Shown: positions 35,506 to 44,526 of the stretch, in pieces
How positions within the stretch are numbered: position 1 is the first letter of the stretch
Layout: each line of letters opens with the position of its first letter
Assembly (NCBI GenBank): GCA_038245195.1
Contig: JBBRSU010000001.1
Span: 128,121 to 192,120 of the forward strand
From: Candidatus Saccharimonadales bacterium
GTDB taxonomy: Bacteria; Patescibacteriota; Saccharimonadia; Saccharimonadales; UBA10212
DNA: 64,000 bases
Direction of reading: 5' to 3'
Program-made: the position numbers and the translations under genes
Notes under the pieces: model-generated
The model's input: only the letters and a program-made list of their open reading frames with translations
Databases searched by the model: none
Told to the model about the DNA's origin: nothing

Positions 35506-36549
35506 ATGAAGCCTGTGTATATTTTGTTGGTAATTGGGTCGGTAAAAATTATCATGCTATATAAGATGTATAATTCGGTGCCGGCCTTAGAGCTAAAGAG
35601 ATTGGCCAGGGACGGCAACCATCGAGCCGCGTCACTATACAAGGTTGCCAATTACCAAGCCAGTCTAGATGCGTTTCTTTGGATAACTGGTACTGCCATG
35701 GCCAGCGTCTTACTTATTTGGTCGGCTCGAACAAACTGGTGGCTGGCTAGCCTATTAATTACTGGTATAGCCTGGCTGGTTATTTGGGCACCAGCACCAC
35801 GCTGGGAAGGTCGGTTTGGTGCCTTATCAGCTATTAGTGCAAAATATCTGGCTTCGGTTTTAGCTTTTTTGAACCCAGTGTTGGGCCGAATGGCTACTTG
35901 GTTGCCACCAACCGCTCGGGTCCAGCTGCATTCTGGCTTGTACGAAAAAAAAGATTTGTTAGATTTGTTGAACAACCAAAACCAACAGCTTGATAATCGA
36001 ATCGATGGGTCTGATTTAAAAATTGCTTCTGGAGCCATTAGCTTTGGCGATAAAACCGTTAGATCAGTTATGACCCCCCGCCGAAAGCTACGACTTGTGG
36101 GCGCCGGTGAGACGGTTGGCCCAATGCTAATGGACGAGTTACACAAGACTGGTCACAGTCGGTTTCCGGTGGTTAAAGATTCAACAGCCAAAAACGCCAC
36201 GCCGGAAATTGTCGGCACGCTTTATCTAAAAGATATTATTGGCTACCAAGGGGGTGGCAAAGTTAAAGATCAGGCCCGAAAGGATGTGTACTACATCAAT
36301 GAAGACGCAAGCCTGCGCCAAGCCCTCGGCGCATTTTTAAAAACCCATCATCACTTGCTGATAGTAGTTAATAGTTTCGAAGAAATTGCCGGAGTTTTAG
36401 CAATGGAAGACGTTTTTGAACAAATAATTGGTCAGCCAATTATTGATGAGTTTGATAACTACGATAGCCTAAGGGCGGTAGCCAGTAAAGAAGCCGAAAC
36501 CGAGCGCAAAAACCACAACGAAGTTCCAGTTGCACCCAAAGCCGAATAA
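35506..36549 (+). CDS. CNNM/CorC-HlyC family protein (DUF21 membrane domain + CBS pair)
   Basis: N-terminal TM segments are followed by VRSVMTPRRKLRLV...GHSRFPVVKD...IVGTLYLKDII...HLLIVVNSFEEIAGVLAMEDVFEQIIG, a CBS pair of the CorC type. Confidence 0.75.
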   Translation: MKPVYILLVIGSVKIIMLYKMYNSVPALELKRLARDGNHRAASLYKVANYQASLDAFLWITGTAMASVLLIWSARTNWWLASLLITGIAWLVIWAPAPRWEGRFGALSAISAKYLASVLAFLNPVLGRMATWLPPTARVQLHSGLYEKKDLLDLLNNQNQQLDNRIDGSDLKIASGAISFGDKTVRSVMTPRRKLRLVGAGETVGPMLMDELHKTGHSRFPVVKDSTAKNATPEIVGTLYLKDIIGYQGGGKVKDQARKDVYYINEDASLRQALGAFLKTHHHLLIVVNSFEEIAGVLAMEDVFEQIIGQPIIDEFDNYDSLRAVASKEAETERKNHNEVPVAPKAE

Positions 36550-36591
36550 ATTTATACTCTTTAACAATTTGACTCTTGTACGACAGCAACT

Positions 36592-37131
36592 ATGACAATA
36601 TTAGAAAAACCAGCTTTACGAACCCTACAAAGTTCGCCCCCACTTGGGACCATTGAACATATTTCTTATTTTGCAGAGCAGTCAAAATCATTTAGGGGTA
36701 GAAAACTTTCCAAGTTGTTTGAGTTTTTGTATCAGCACAACGTTGCTGAGTCTTTGGCATATTTTATAGCCCAGAACGAAACACCTAAGCGCAATAGTCC
36801 AGAGCTTCATCGTTCGCTCGATACTCGGGATCTTCATGACTATCAAACCGGTCCAATTATTGATGCCGAGTTTCATTACGATCCGTTCCAAGACGATAGG
36901 TATGTTTTCTTAGCCGGGCGGCGTTGGCCTAAGTCAAAGCGATCATACAGTCTAAAAATGTTCCTGAGCAATGACCTAGAAATGGATGGTGCTAGACCAC
37001 CCGAAGCTCATGTAACTGGCGGACTATATCCTGTACAAACGTTTAGAACTTTTGCAAGACCAGAATATAACGAAGACCGTCCAGCGGTTTTTTTAAATAT
37101 TTTGCGAGTGGCCGCATCTGGGTTAGAGTAG
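36592..37131 (+). CDS. hypothetical protein
   Basis: 179-aa ORF. No family recognised. Confidence 0.45.
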   Translation: MTILEKPALRTLQSSPPLGTIEHISYFAEQSKSFRGRKLSKLFEFLYQHNVAESLAYFIAQNETPKRNSPELHRSLDTRDLHDYQTGPIIDAEFHYDPFQDDRYVFLAGRRWPKSKRSYSLKMFLSNDLEMDGARPPEAHVTGGLYPVQTFRTFARPEYNEDRPAVFLNILRVAASGLE

Positions 37132-37182
37132 TTTGTTGTAGCCCGTGATAATAGTTAATCAATCTGTTAAAATAACTCCTAT

Positions 37183-38577
37183 ATGGAGCGAATTTTAATT
37201 AAGGATACTGTTGATAAAGTTGGCGACAAAGTTATTGTTAAGGGTTGGGTGCACGCTCGGCGCGACCACGGAAAATTAATTTTTATAGATTTACGCGACC
37301 GTGGTGGGTTACTCCAAGTAGTTTTTTGGGGCGGTGGTGATACCAAGCTTTTCAAACAAGCCGAAGAACTACGCAGTGAATTCGTAGTTGCAATTACCGG
37401 CACTGTCCAAAAACGCCAAGACAACCAAATTAATCCAGATTTACCAACCGGTACAGTTGAGCTAGCCGCCGAGAAGCTAGAAATTATTAGCCAAGCCGAA
37501 ACCCCGCCATTCGAAATCGCCGACTCCAATGTTCCAGAAGCCGGTGAAGAATCTCGCCTAAAATATCGATACCTAGACTTACGTCGCGATAAAATGCAAC
37601 ACAACATCCGCTTGCGTAGTGCCTTTGTCCAAAAATGCCGCGAATATTTATTCAGCCAAGATTTCGTAGAAATCGAAACACCGTTATTAACCGAGGCCAC
37701 ACCGGAAGGCTCGCGCGATTTCGTAGTGCCATCCCGCTTAAACCAAGGTAAGTTCTATGCTTTGCCACAGTCGCCCCAGCAATACAAACAGCTATTAATG
37801 ATTGGCGGGTTTGAGCGCTACTTCCAAATTGCCCGGGCTATCCGCGACGAAGACCCGCGGGCCGACCGTGGCTTCGAACACACTCAGGTAGATATCGAAA
37901 TGAGCTTTGTCGAACAAGATGACGTTATGAACACAGTCGAAGCGATGATGATTAAAACCGTTGAATCACTGGGCTTTAAAGTCAAAGACAAGCCGTTTCC
38001 GCGTTTTACATATGCCGAGGCAATGGAAAAATTCGGAGCTGACAAGTTCGATTTACGCAGCGGCGAAGAAAAGAAAGACCCTAAACTGCTGGCTTACGCC
38101 TGGGTATATAAGTTTCCATTTTTTGAAAAAACCGAAGAAGGCGGTTGGACCTTTACCCATAACCCGTTCAGCATGCCAGTCCCAGAGCATCTTGATGATT
38201 TGTTAAACAAAAATAACATCGAGAATATTCTAACCACCCAGTATGACCTGGTTTGTAACGGCTATGAATCGGGCGGTGGCAGTATCCGGGCCCACCAGCC
38301 AGAAATTCTTAAAGCCGTATACGAAGTTATGGGCTATTCTGCCGAGAAAATCCAAGACAGTGTCGGGCATATGCTGGAAGCCTTTAAATATGGCACGCCG
38401 CCACACGGTGGTATCGCTCTGGGCGTGGAGCGCAACCTAATGAACTTAACCGGCGAAAGCTACCTGCGCGAAGTCCAAGCCTTCCCAATGACCGGCAAAG
38501 GTCAAACCGCTGTTATGAAGGGCCCTAAACCACTTACCGATGCCCAGCTCAAAGAACTCGGGCTAAAAATTTCCTGA
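37183..38577 (+). CDS. aspS: aspartate--tRNA ligase, bacterial-type motifs but lacking the GAD insertion domain
   Basis: It has an OB-fold N-terminus (VIVKGWVHARRDHGKLIFIDLRD). Motif region: FYALPQSPQQYKQLLMIGGFERYFQIARAIRDEDPRADRGFEHTQVDIEMSF. C-terminus: GGGSIRAH...PPHGGIALGVER. It is only 464 aa: FGADKFDLR is followed directly by ...FPFFEKTEEGGWTFTHNPFSMP. Confidence 0.9.
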   Translation: MERILIKDTVDKVGDKVIVKGWVHARRDHGKLIFIDLRDRGGLLQVVFWGGGDTKLFKQAEELRSEFVVAITGTVQKRQDNQINPDLPTGTVELAAEKLEIISQAETPPFEIADSNVPEAGEESRLKYRYLDLRRDKMQHNIRLRSAFVQKCREYLFSQDFVEIETPLLTEATPEGSRDFVVPSRLNQGKFYALPQSPQQYKQLLMIGGFERYFQIARAIRDEDPRADRGFEHTQVDIEMSFVEQDDVMNTVEAMMIKTVESLGFKVKDKPFPRFTYAEAMEKFGADKFDLRSGEEKKDPKLLAYAWVYKFPFFEKTEEGGWTFTHNPFSMPVPEHLDDLLNKNNIENILTTQYDLVCNGYESGGGSIRAHQPEILKAVYEVMGYSAEKIQDSVGHMLEAFKYGTPPHGGIALGVERNLMNLTGESYLREVQAFPMTGKGQTAVMKGPKPLTDAQLKELGLKIS

Positions 38578-38675
38578 CGAGTTAAGTATCATATACAACA
38601 GTTTAAATTAGATATATAAGGGAGTCTTGCACTGGCCCGGTAAGGAAAATTCCCTTGACCGAACCAGCGCGCTGA

Positions 38676-38694
38676 CTCGTTGAACGGTTATGCA
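38676..38694. repeat. left arm of 19-bp imperfect inverted repeat flanking the desaturase gene
   Basis: ctcgttga acggt tatgca. Its reverse complement, tgcata accgt tcaacgag, matches 39818-39836 (tgcata ggttg tcaacgag) at 6/6 plus 8/8 outer positions. Confidence 0.6.
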
Positions 38695-39797
38695 TTAGCC
38701 GGGCTCGCTGCAGGGTTCTGGCCCATGTTCTTTAGGTGGCGGTAGTGGGCTTTGACAGCACTCCAAAGAGTCGGCTGGCAGTTGTAGGGCAGACCGTGAC
38801 GCAAACAGGCCTGTTTAACAATGGCCGCGATGGCCGGATAGTGCACGTGTGCTGTGTGCGGAAACAGATGGTGTTCCAGCTGGTAGTTGAGCCCACCCAT
38901 GAACCAAGTAATTGCCCGGTTGCCCGGACAAAAATCACTGGTCGCCAGAACCTGATGGACCGCCCAGGAGCTAGGTAGCTTGCCATTGCTGTCGGTGTCC
39001 TGATCTGACGTGAACTGTGCCTCGTCAGTGCAGTGCGCCAGTTGGAAGGTGGCCGCCAGTATGAAACTGAACAGCCAGCTAAGACTCAGATAAGCAATTG
39101 CGAATCCCAGTGCACCGTGCCACGTCAAGTGGAGCAGCAGTGGTATCACAAAGGCCCAACCGATGAAGATCAGCTTGCCGATGGCGAACGCACCGGCTTC
39201 GAAAGCACTGGGCTTTTTCAGCTCGAAGCGGGTAATCCGACCACGAATCATCACGCTGATGTCGCCAAAGCTCTGCCACTTCAGCGTCAGTAGGCCGTAG
39301 CCAAACCACAGGTACAGGTGTTGCCACTTATACCAGGGCTTCCATTCTTGGGTAGACGTCATGCGGGCGAACGGTGGCTGGTCGATGTCTTCGTCCAGGC
39401 CGTCGAAGTTTGGATAGGTATGGTGAGCCAGGTTGTGTTTGACTCGCCACGTGTAGCTACTTCCTCCCAGGACTTCCAACACATATCCAGCCTGACGGTT
39501 GACCCGCCGGCTGCGGCTGAAACCACCGTGGTTGCCATCGTGCATGATGCAAAAGGCGGCGGCCAGAGTGCCGAGTACGAAGGGTACACCGTACAGGATG
39601 ATCTGCCACCAGCTGTTGCCCATAATTACCAGGGCCAAGTACCAGCTGATTGTCCAAGCAACGATGAACGCTGCTTTGCGATGCAAGCGACGGAAACCCG
39701 CTTGGACGACATCAGCCTTGAGGTAGGAGTTCACCTCCACTTGAAGTTCTTTCCAAAAATCCTCTTTGACTCTGAAGGTAATTTTGGCTACCGGCAT
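38688..39797 (-). CDS. membrane fatty-acid desaturase (three His-box, front-end/acyl-lipid desaturase-like), GC-rich
   Basis: The His boxes are HDGNHG, HNLAHH and QLEHHLFP. It has 4 TM segments, and the RBS AGGGGGTGA lies before the ATG at 39797. Line 39481-39540 is 38/60 GC by hand count. Many shadow ORFs appear in all frames. Confidence 0.8.
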   Translation of the reverse strand: MPVAKITFRVKEDFWKELQVEVNSYLKADVVQAGFRRLHRKAAFIVAWTISWYLALVIMGNSWWQIILYGVPFVLGTLAAAFCIMHDGNHGGFSRSRRVNRQAGYVLEVLGGSSYTWRVKHNLAHHTYPNFDGLDEDIDQPPFARMTSTQEWKPWYKWQHLYLWFGYGLLTLKWQSFGDISVMIRGRITRFELKKPSAFEAGAFAIGKLIFIGWAFVIPLLLHLTWHGALGFAIAYLSLSWLFSFILAATFQLAHCTDEAQFTSDQDTDSNGKLPSSWAVHQVLATSDFCPGNRAITWFMGGLNYQLEHHLFPHTAHVHYPAIAAIVKQACLRHGLPYNCQPTLWSAVKAHYRHLKNMGQNPAASPANA

Positions 39798-39817
39798 TGT
39801 CTTTCACCCCCTAACAT

Positions 39818-39836
39818 TGCATAGGTTGTCAACGAG
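39818..39836. repeat. right arm of the inverted repeat flanking the desaturase gene
   Basis: tgcataggttgtcaacgag lies 21 nt upstream of the desaturase start codon. See the left arm at 38676-38694. Confidence 0.6.
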
Positions 39837-39903
39837 CTAAAGCAAGTGTAGCACCGTATGCTCATGAGTTGCGATAGCCAGTTCGTAGTACAATAAATTT
39901 CCA

Positions 39904-40656
39904 ATGACGTGGCACGAATTACAACCGGTAGCGGTTTTTTTGGTAACCTTTGTAGCATCGGCGTTTAGCGGCATGGCTGGCGGTGGCGGAGGCTTTATTG
40001 TAAACCCGTTTTTAATTGCCTTGGGCCTAACACCACAGCAAACCGTTGCCACCGCTAAGTTTGTAAGTTTTGGATTAACGGGGGGCAGTATTCTGGCATT
40101 CCGCGAGCGCATGCTACAAAACAAAAGATTTAGTTTGTTCATCATAGTTTTATCGGCGGTGATTGGGATTATAGCTAGCCTTTTACTCAGGAAAGTAGAT
40201 AACAAAAGCCTTCAGCTGCTAATGGGCATCATCACTTTAGCCATGGTGCCATTTATGCTAAAAAAAGCCCGTGGTCTAAAAAGTACAAAAGTAAATCAAA
40301 TATCAAAAGTCCTCGGTGCAATTTCTCTAGCATTCATTTTATTCCTACAGGGAATATTAAGTGGCGGGATAGGCTCTTTAGTCTCAGCAATATTTATAGT
40401 TTTTTTCGGCACTACGGCCTTGGAAGCCAATATCCTAAAACGAAAAGCATCATTAGTGCTGAACGTTGTGATTGTGGTGAGTCTGCTTGGTAGCGGTTTG
40501 ATAAACTACAAATTTGGATTTTTTGGCATGGCCGGCGGATTGCTAGGTGGCTACGTTGGCTCGCGGATTGCCATAAAAAACGGTGATGAATTCGCCAAGT
40601 ATGCCCTACTGGTATTTATGGTAGTGTCTGGCGTGTGGTTAGTTGTCACTGCTTAA
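39904..40656 (+). CDS. TSUP (TauE/SafE, DUF81) family anion exporter-like membrane protein
   Basis: 250 aa with 8 TM segments. Gly-rich motifs (FSGMAGGGGGFIVNP; GMAGGLLGGYVGSRIA) are typical of TauE/SafE. Confidence 0.7.
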   Translation: MTWHELQPVAVFLVTFVASAFSGMAGGGGGFIVNPFLIALGLTPQQTVATAKFVSFGLTGGSILAFRERMLQNKRFSLFIIVLSAVIGIIASLLLRKVDNKSLQLLMGIITLAMVPFMLKKARGLKSTKVNQISKVLGAISLAFILFLQGILSGGIGSLVSAIFIVFFGTTALEANILKRKASLVLNVVIVVSLLGSGLINYKFGFFGMAGGLLGGYVGSRIAIKNGDEFAKYALLVFMVVSGVWLVVTA

Positions 40657-40658
40657 GT

Positions 40659-40666
40659 TGTATAAT
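40659..40666 (+). promoter_or_regulatory. -10 element TGTATAAT, 6 nt upstream of ATG 40673 (leaderless-type)
   Basis: ttgtataat is followed by taagca and then ATG. No SD. Confidence 0.4.
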
Positions 40667-40672
40667 TAAGCA

Positions 40673-41200
40673 ATGAATCCGACTGAGTTTGAAGACTCCA
40701 TAAAAATTCCATCACCACAAGAATTTGAAGGTCCTAACGGCCTTCTAGTTACAGAGCTTACAAACTGGGACTCCCAAGAATTATTTAATTTCGTCAAAGC
40801 CAATGGTGGTGAAAAGTTTAGCCCGGAGTTAGAGCAAATACATACAGAGTATGAAGCTTTGAAAATGATTCAAAATAGAGAATTCTCAACTTATGGAGCG
40901 AGACTTGGAAAAGAGGAGCCATTGGCTGCGATTATTACGGTAGGCCAAGAAGCTGAGGACCGAGTTAGTATCGGCTACGTAGTTGGGAAAGATTTCAGAG
41001 GCCAGGGAGTTGCAACTGGTGCTATTAAAACGATTAGTCAAAATTATCTAATGATTCCTGGCATAAATACCATCAGATGTTACGTTAATCCAAAAAACAT
41101 CGCCAGCCGAGGACTGTTAGAAAAATGCGGTTTTCATTTACAAGGTGAAATCTTATACAAAAATGTGTTTTATGACTTAGATAAGCCTAAAAATACTTAA
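40673..41200 (+). CDS. GNAT-family N-acetyltransferase (RimJ/RimL-like)
   Basis: IGYVVGKDFRGQGVATGAIKTI...NIASRGLLEKCGFHLQG matches GNAT motifs A and B. Confidence 0.7.
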   Translation: MNPTEFEDSIKIPSPQEFEGPNGLLVTELTNWDSQELFNFVKANGGEKFSPELEQIHTEYEALKMIQNREFSTYGARLGKEEPLAAIITVGQEAEDRVSIGYVVGKDFRGQGVATGAIKTISQNYLMIPGINTIRCYVNPKNIASRGLLEKCGFHLQGEILYKNVFYDLDKPKNT

Positions 41201-41216
41201 CTTGTTAAGTATTTTT
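41189..41216. repeat. palindrome family copy with 13-bp arms (aaaaatacttaac tt gttaagtattttt)
   Basis: It has perfect arms. The gene's TAA stop (41198-41200) lies inside the left arm. The A5/T5 flanks give a bidirectional terminator-like shape. Confidence 0.9.
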
Positions 41217-41246
41217 ATACAAAGATTGTTTGTATAATTATTGTAA

Positions 41247-41603
41247 ATGGATCTGCTATTGATTCTTTTAGGAATAATCGCCGGCGGGCTAGCCGGTTTA
41301 CTGGGTGTTGGTGGCGGAATTATAATTGTACCGGCACTGATTTATATCTTTCACTTTAGCCAAAAGACTGCCCAGGGCACCACACTGGCCTTACTTGTAC
41401 CGCCAATCGGTATACTTGCAGCCTATGCATATTACAAAACCGGCCACGTTAATATTCGCGCGGCATTGTTTATTGTGGCAGGTTTCTTGATAGGTAGTTT
41501 TCTGAGTGCCCAGTTCACAAATAGTATTAACGAAGCATATCTTAGTAGAATTTTTGGGACATTTTTATTAGTGGTTGCTATACGAATGATAATTTGGGGA
41601 TAA
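41247..41603 (+). CDS. half-size TSUP (TauE/SafE) family membrane protein
   Basis: 118 aa with 4 TM segments. GGLAGLLGVGGGIIIVPALIYIF is the TauE N-terminal motif. Confidence 0.6.
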   Translation: MDLLLILLGIIAGGLAGLLGVGGGIIIVPALIYIFHFSQKTAQGTTLALLVPPIGILAAYAYYKTGHVNIRAALFIVAGFLIGSFLSAQFTNSINEAYLSRIFGTFLLVVAIRMIIWG

Positions 41604-41670
41604 AAATCACTTCCGCCAACGATGCTGTACATTTATAGATGAAGTAAGCCTTGTTCCCCTAGATGGTATT

Positions 41671-43851
41671 ATGGGAATAATGTTTGAGACAATTGCTAAA
41701 TTTTCGGTAAAGTATCGCTGGCCGATTATTATTTTGTGGATTATGGCTGTACCCATCCTAAGCAGTACATTACCCAAACTTAATGACGTATCCAAAAACG
41801 ATAACTCGTTATTTTTGCCGAAAAACAGTCAAACTCAAAAAGCTGCCGATTTAGAAGCTAGTTTTCAAAGCAAGAATACAACTTCTCGCTCAGTTTTAAT
41901 TGTTTCGCGTGATAATTCGCAACTAACCACCGCCGACACGACCGCAACCGACAAAGTTCTGACCCAAATAAAAACTGTAAAAGGGGTTACTGATGTAAGA
42001 GACGTAGGGGTATCGCAAGATGGGAATGCCCATGAATATTTGTTAGGCCTGGGCGATGCTGCCAACGGTCCTAACGGCCTAAAGCTGGTTGAGGATATTC
42101 GGGCCAAGATGAAAACTACTGTGCCGGGTTTGCAGATGCATCTGGCGGGAGAACTTGCTCAAGCAGCAGACTCCCAGAATGCTAACAGTAAAGGCAAAAA
42201 CAACACCGAGATATATAACGTTATATTCATCATCGTCTTACTTTTTTTGGTTTTTCGCTCGGCACTGGCACCACTGGTAACATTACTTCCGGCGGCTTTA
42301 GCTCTAATTATTGCCCAACCAATAATTGCGGAATCTACCCATATTGGTGTGCAGGTTTCGTTTATCACTGAAATTCTATTGATTGTACTTATGTTGGGAG
42401 CTGGCACCGACTACGGCCTGTTCTTAGTTTTTAGAACTCGCGAAGAACTGCGCAACGGCTTAATGCCCAAGGACGCGGTTATAAAAGCCCTAACTAGGGT
42501 AGGCGAATCGATTACTTTTTCGGCAGCGACCGTCGCCGCTGCATTAGTGTGTTTGATTTTGGCTTCGTTTGGAGTTTATAAGGGTCTGGGCCCGGCCCTG
42601 GCCATTGGTTTGGGGGTTATGTTACTAGCAGCTTTGACTTTCCTGCCGGCATTGCTAGCCATATTGGGCCGGGCAGTATTTTGGCCGTCTAAAACGCTAA
42701 AGAAACAAAAGATTGGCATATGGGGACGTGTGGCCGATAAAGTAATTGAGCGCCCAAAAACTATGATAGCCGCTGGCCTAGTACTATTTATATTATTAAG
42801 TTTGGGCGTCATTGGTTACAAAACCGCCGGTTTCACTAGCGGTGATGCTCCAGCTGGCAGCGACTCGGCCAAAGGAAATGCCATTTTAACCAAGCACTTC
42901 CCGGCGGCCAACAATAACCCACAATTTTTGATAATGGCCTTTGATAAACCAGTCTGGGATAACTTAGACAAACTAAACCAAGCCCAGAACCAACTGGCTT
43001 CAAACCACCTATTTAAGGCCATTAGCGGACCATTTAGTGCCAATGGATTTAAGCTGTCCTCAACTGAACTACAGGCCCTACATCAAGCGGGGTCTAGCCC
43101 TTTACTCAAAGCCGAAAGCCAGTTCATAAGTGCTAACGGTAAGGTAGTCCAATTTTATTCGGTAGCGGATACCGGACCAAGCGGTAGTACAGCAGCCGCT
43201 AATGCCACGCCAAGGGTTCAGGCCGCATTGAGCACCGCCGCTAAAACTGCTGGGGCCACTAACTCACAGGTTTACGGCCAAGATTCAGCCGCTTACGACA
43301 TTAGTCGAATTGCCAATAACGATCTTAAAAAAATTATTCCAATCGTACTGGTTGTAATTGGAATTTTGCTAGCGGTGATGTTAAAGAGCTTAATTGCACC
43401 GATTTATTTGATACTAACGGTTGGCTTAAGCTATCTAGCGGCTTTGGGTTTTGCGATGTTATTGTTTGTACATTTGCAGGGCTCGGACGGGCTTAATTTC
43501 ATACTGCCATTTATGATGTTTGTATTTTCGATGGCTTTGGGCCAGGACTATAACATTTTAGTAATGAGCCGGATTAGGGAAGAAGTCCACGGCAATGTTA
43601 GCCTAAAACAAGCTGTCGCCAAAGCCATTGGTGTAACCGGCACAACCGTAACTTCGGCTGGTTTAATTTTGGCCGGAACTTTCACTGTTTTTGGGCTGGC
43701 TGGTGGCGACAAACAGTTCCAAGAAATCGGCTTTTCCATCGCTTTCGGAATTTTGCTTGATACTTTCTTTGTGCGGACTTTGCTGGTCCCATCCATCGTG
43801 GTCTTACTCGGCAAATGGAACTGGTGGCCATCCAAGCTAGCCATGAAATAG
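41671..43851 (+). CDS. MMPL-family (RND superfamily) transporter
   Basis: 726 aa. It has two 6-TM bundles, each preceded by a large extracytoplasmic loop. The motifs LMLGAGTDYGLFLVFRTREE and FSMALGQDYNILVMSRIREE are typical of the MMPL domain. Confidence 0.8.
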   Translation: MGIMFETIAKFSVKYRWPIIILWIMAVPILSSTLPKLNDVSKNDNSLFLPKNSQTQKAADLEASFQSKNTTSRSVLIVSRDNSQLTTADTTATDKVLTQIKTVKGVTDVRDVGVSQDGNAHEYLLGLGDAANGPNGLKLVEDIRAKMKTTVPGLQMHLAGELAQAADSQNANSKGKNNTEIYNVIFIIVLLFLVFRSALAPLVTLLPAALALIIAQPIIAESTHIGVQVSFITEILLIVLMLGAGTDYGLFLVFRTREELRNGLMPKDAVIKALTRVGESITFSAATVAAALVCLILASFGVYKGLGPALAIGLGVMLLAALTFLPALLAILGRAVFWPSKTLKKQKIGIWGRVADKVIERPKTMIAAGLVLFILLSLGVIGYKTAGFTSGDAPAGSDSAKGNAILTKHFPAANNNPQFLIMAFDKPVWDNLDKLNQAQNQLASNHLFKAISGPFSANGFKLSSTELQALHQAGSSPLLKAESQFISANGKVVQFYSVADTGPSGSTAAANATPRVQAALSTAAKTAGATNSQVYGQDSAAYDISRIANNDLKKIIPIVLVVIGILLAVMLKSLIAPIYLILTVGLSYLAALGFAMLLFVHLQGSDGLNFILPFMMFVFSMALGQDYNILVMSRIREEVHGNVSLKQAVAKAIGVTGTTVTSAGLILAGTFTVFGLAGGDKQFQEIGFSIAFGILLDTFFVRTLLVPSIVVLLGKWNWWPSKLAMK

Positions 43852-43885
43852 TGCTACAATCAAACTACTAACATCGGGAGGCCGG

Positions 43886-44464
43886 ATGCGTAGGCGTTGG
43901 ATTTATGGAATAGGTGCTAGCTTGTTGGTTCTGGCGGTATTGGCAATAGTTGTGGCTTTGGATAATTCTAATGACCGCACTGATAAATCAGGCAAAACGG
44001 CTGCTCAAAAACCGGCCAACAGTTTAGCTTCTGCTCAATCTAAAGCTTGCAATATTTTTAGCTTAGCTAATGCTAAGCAATTATTAGGCGATACCGCCAA
44101 AGGCGGCGATAACGCCGCCACTACTTCATCCGATGAGCTTTCGGTTACAACTTGTTCTTACGCCCAGGACAGTGGAAGTAATCTGCCGATTTCGTCTAAT
44201 CGTTTGGCTACATTGCTGGTTCGGGCTCCAAAAACTAGTGCCGGAATTAGCAGTAATCAAAACCAATTTACAACTCTTAAACCGGCTAATTCTCAACTGG
44301 TGGCTGGCTATGGCGACAATGCTTATTGGGATCCACAATACGGTCAGCTAAATATTTTAAAGAATGACAACTGGTACATTCTTAGCAACGGCCCAATTAC
44401 GCCATCTAATCGAACTTTGGATGAAGCTAAACAATTGGCCGATATCCTGATAAACAAGCTCTAA
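43886..44464 (+). CDS. secreted/membrane-anchored hypothetical protein downstream of MMPL gene
   Basis: It has an N-terminal anchor (WIYGIGASLLVLAVLAIVVAL), and the RBS GGGAGG lies before the ATG. No family recognised with confidence. Confidence 0.5.
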   Translation: MRRRWIYGIGASLLVLAVLAIVVALDNSNDRTDKSGKTAAQKPANSLASAQSKACNIFSLANAKQLLGDTAKGGDNAATTSSDELSVTTCSYAQDSGSNLPISSNRLATLLVRAPKTSAGISSNQNQFTTLKPANSQLVAGYGDNAYWDPQYGQLNILKNDNWYILSNGPITPSNRTLDEAKQLADILINKL

Positions 44465-44526
44465 TAAACTAACTCGTTTTGAAAAACCTAAACTAAAGTC
44501 TATAGTTAAGCATAAGCAATAAAACA

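Noticed and set aside
37179-37700. 173-aa ORF antisense to aspS, and the similar antisense ORFs 35652-36146, 56806-57234 and 59727-60149
   Set aside because: They lie opposite well-supported conserved genes, have no RBS, and have S/R-rich compositions typical of antisense frames.
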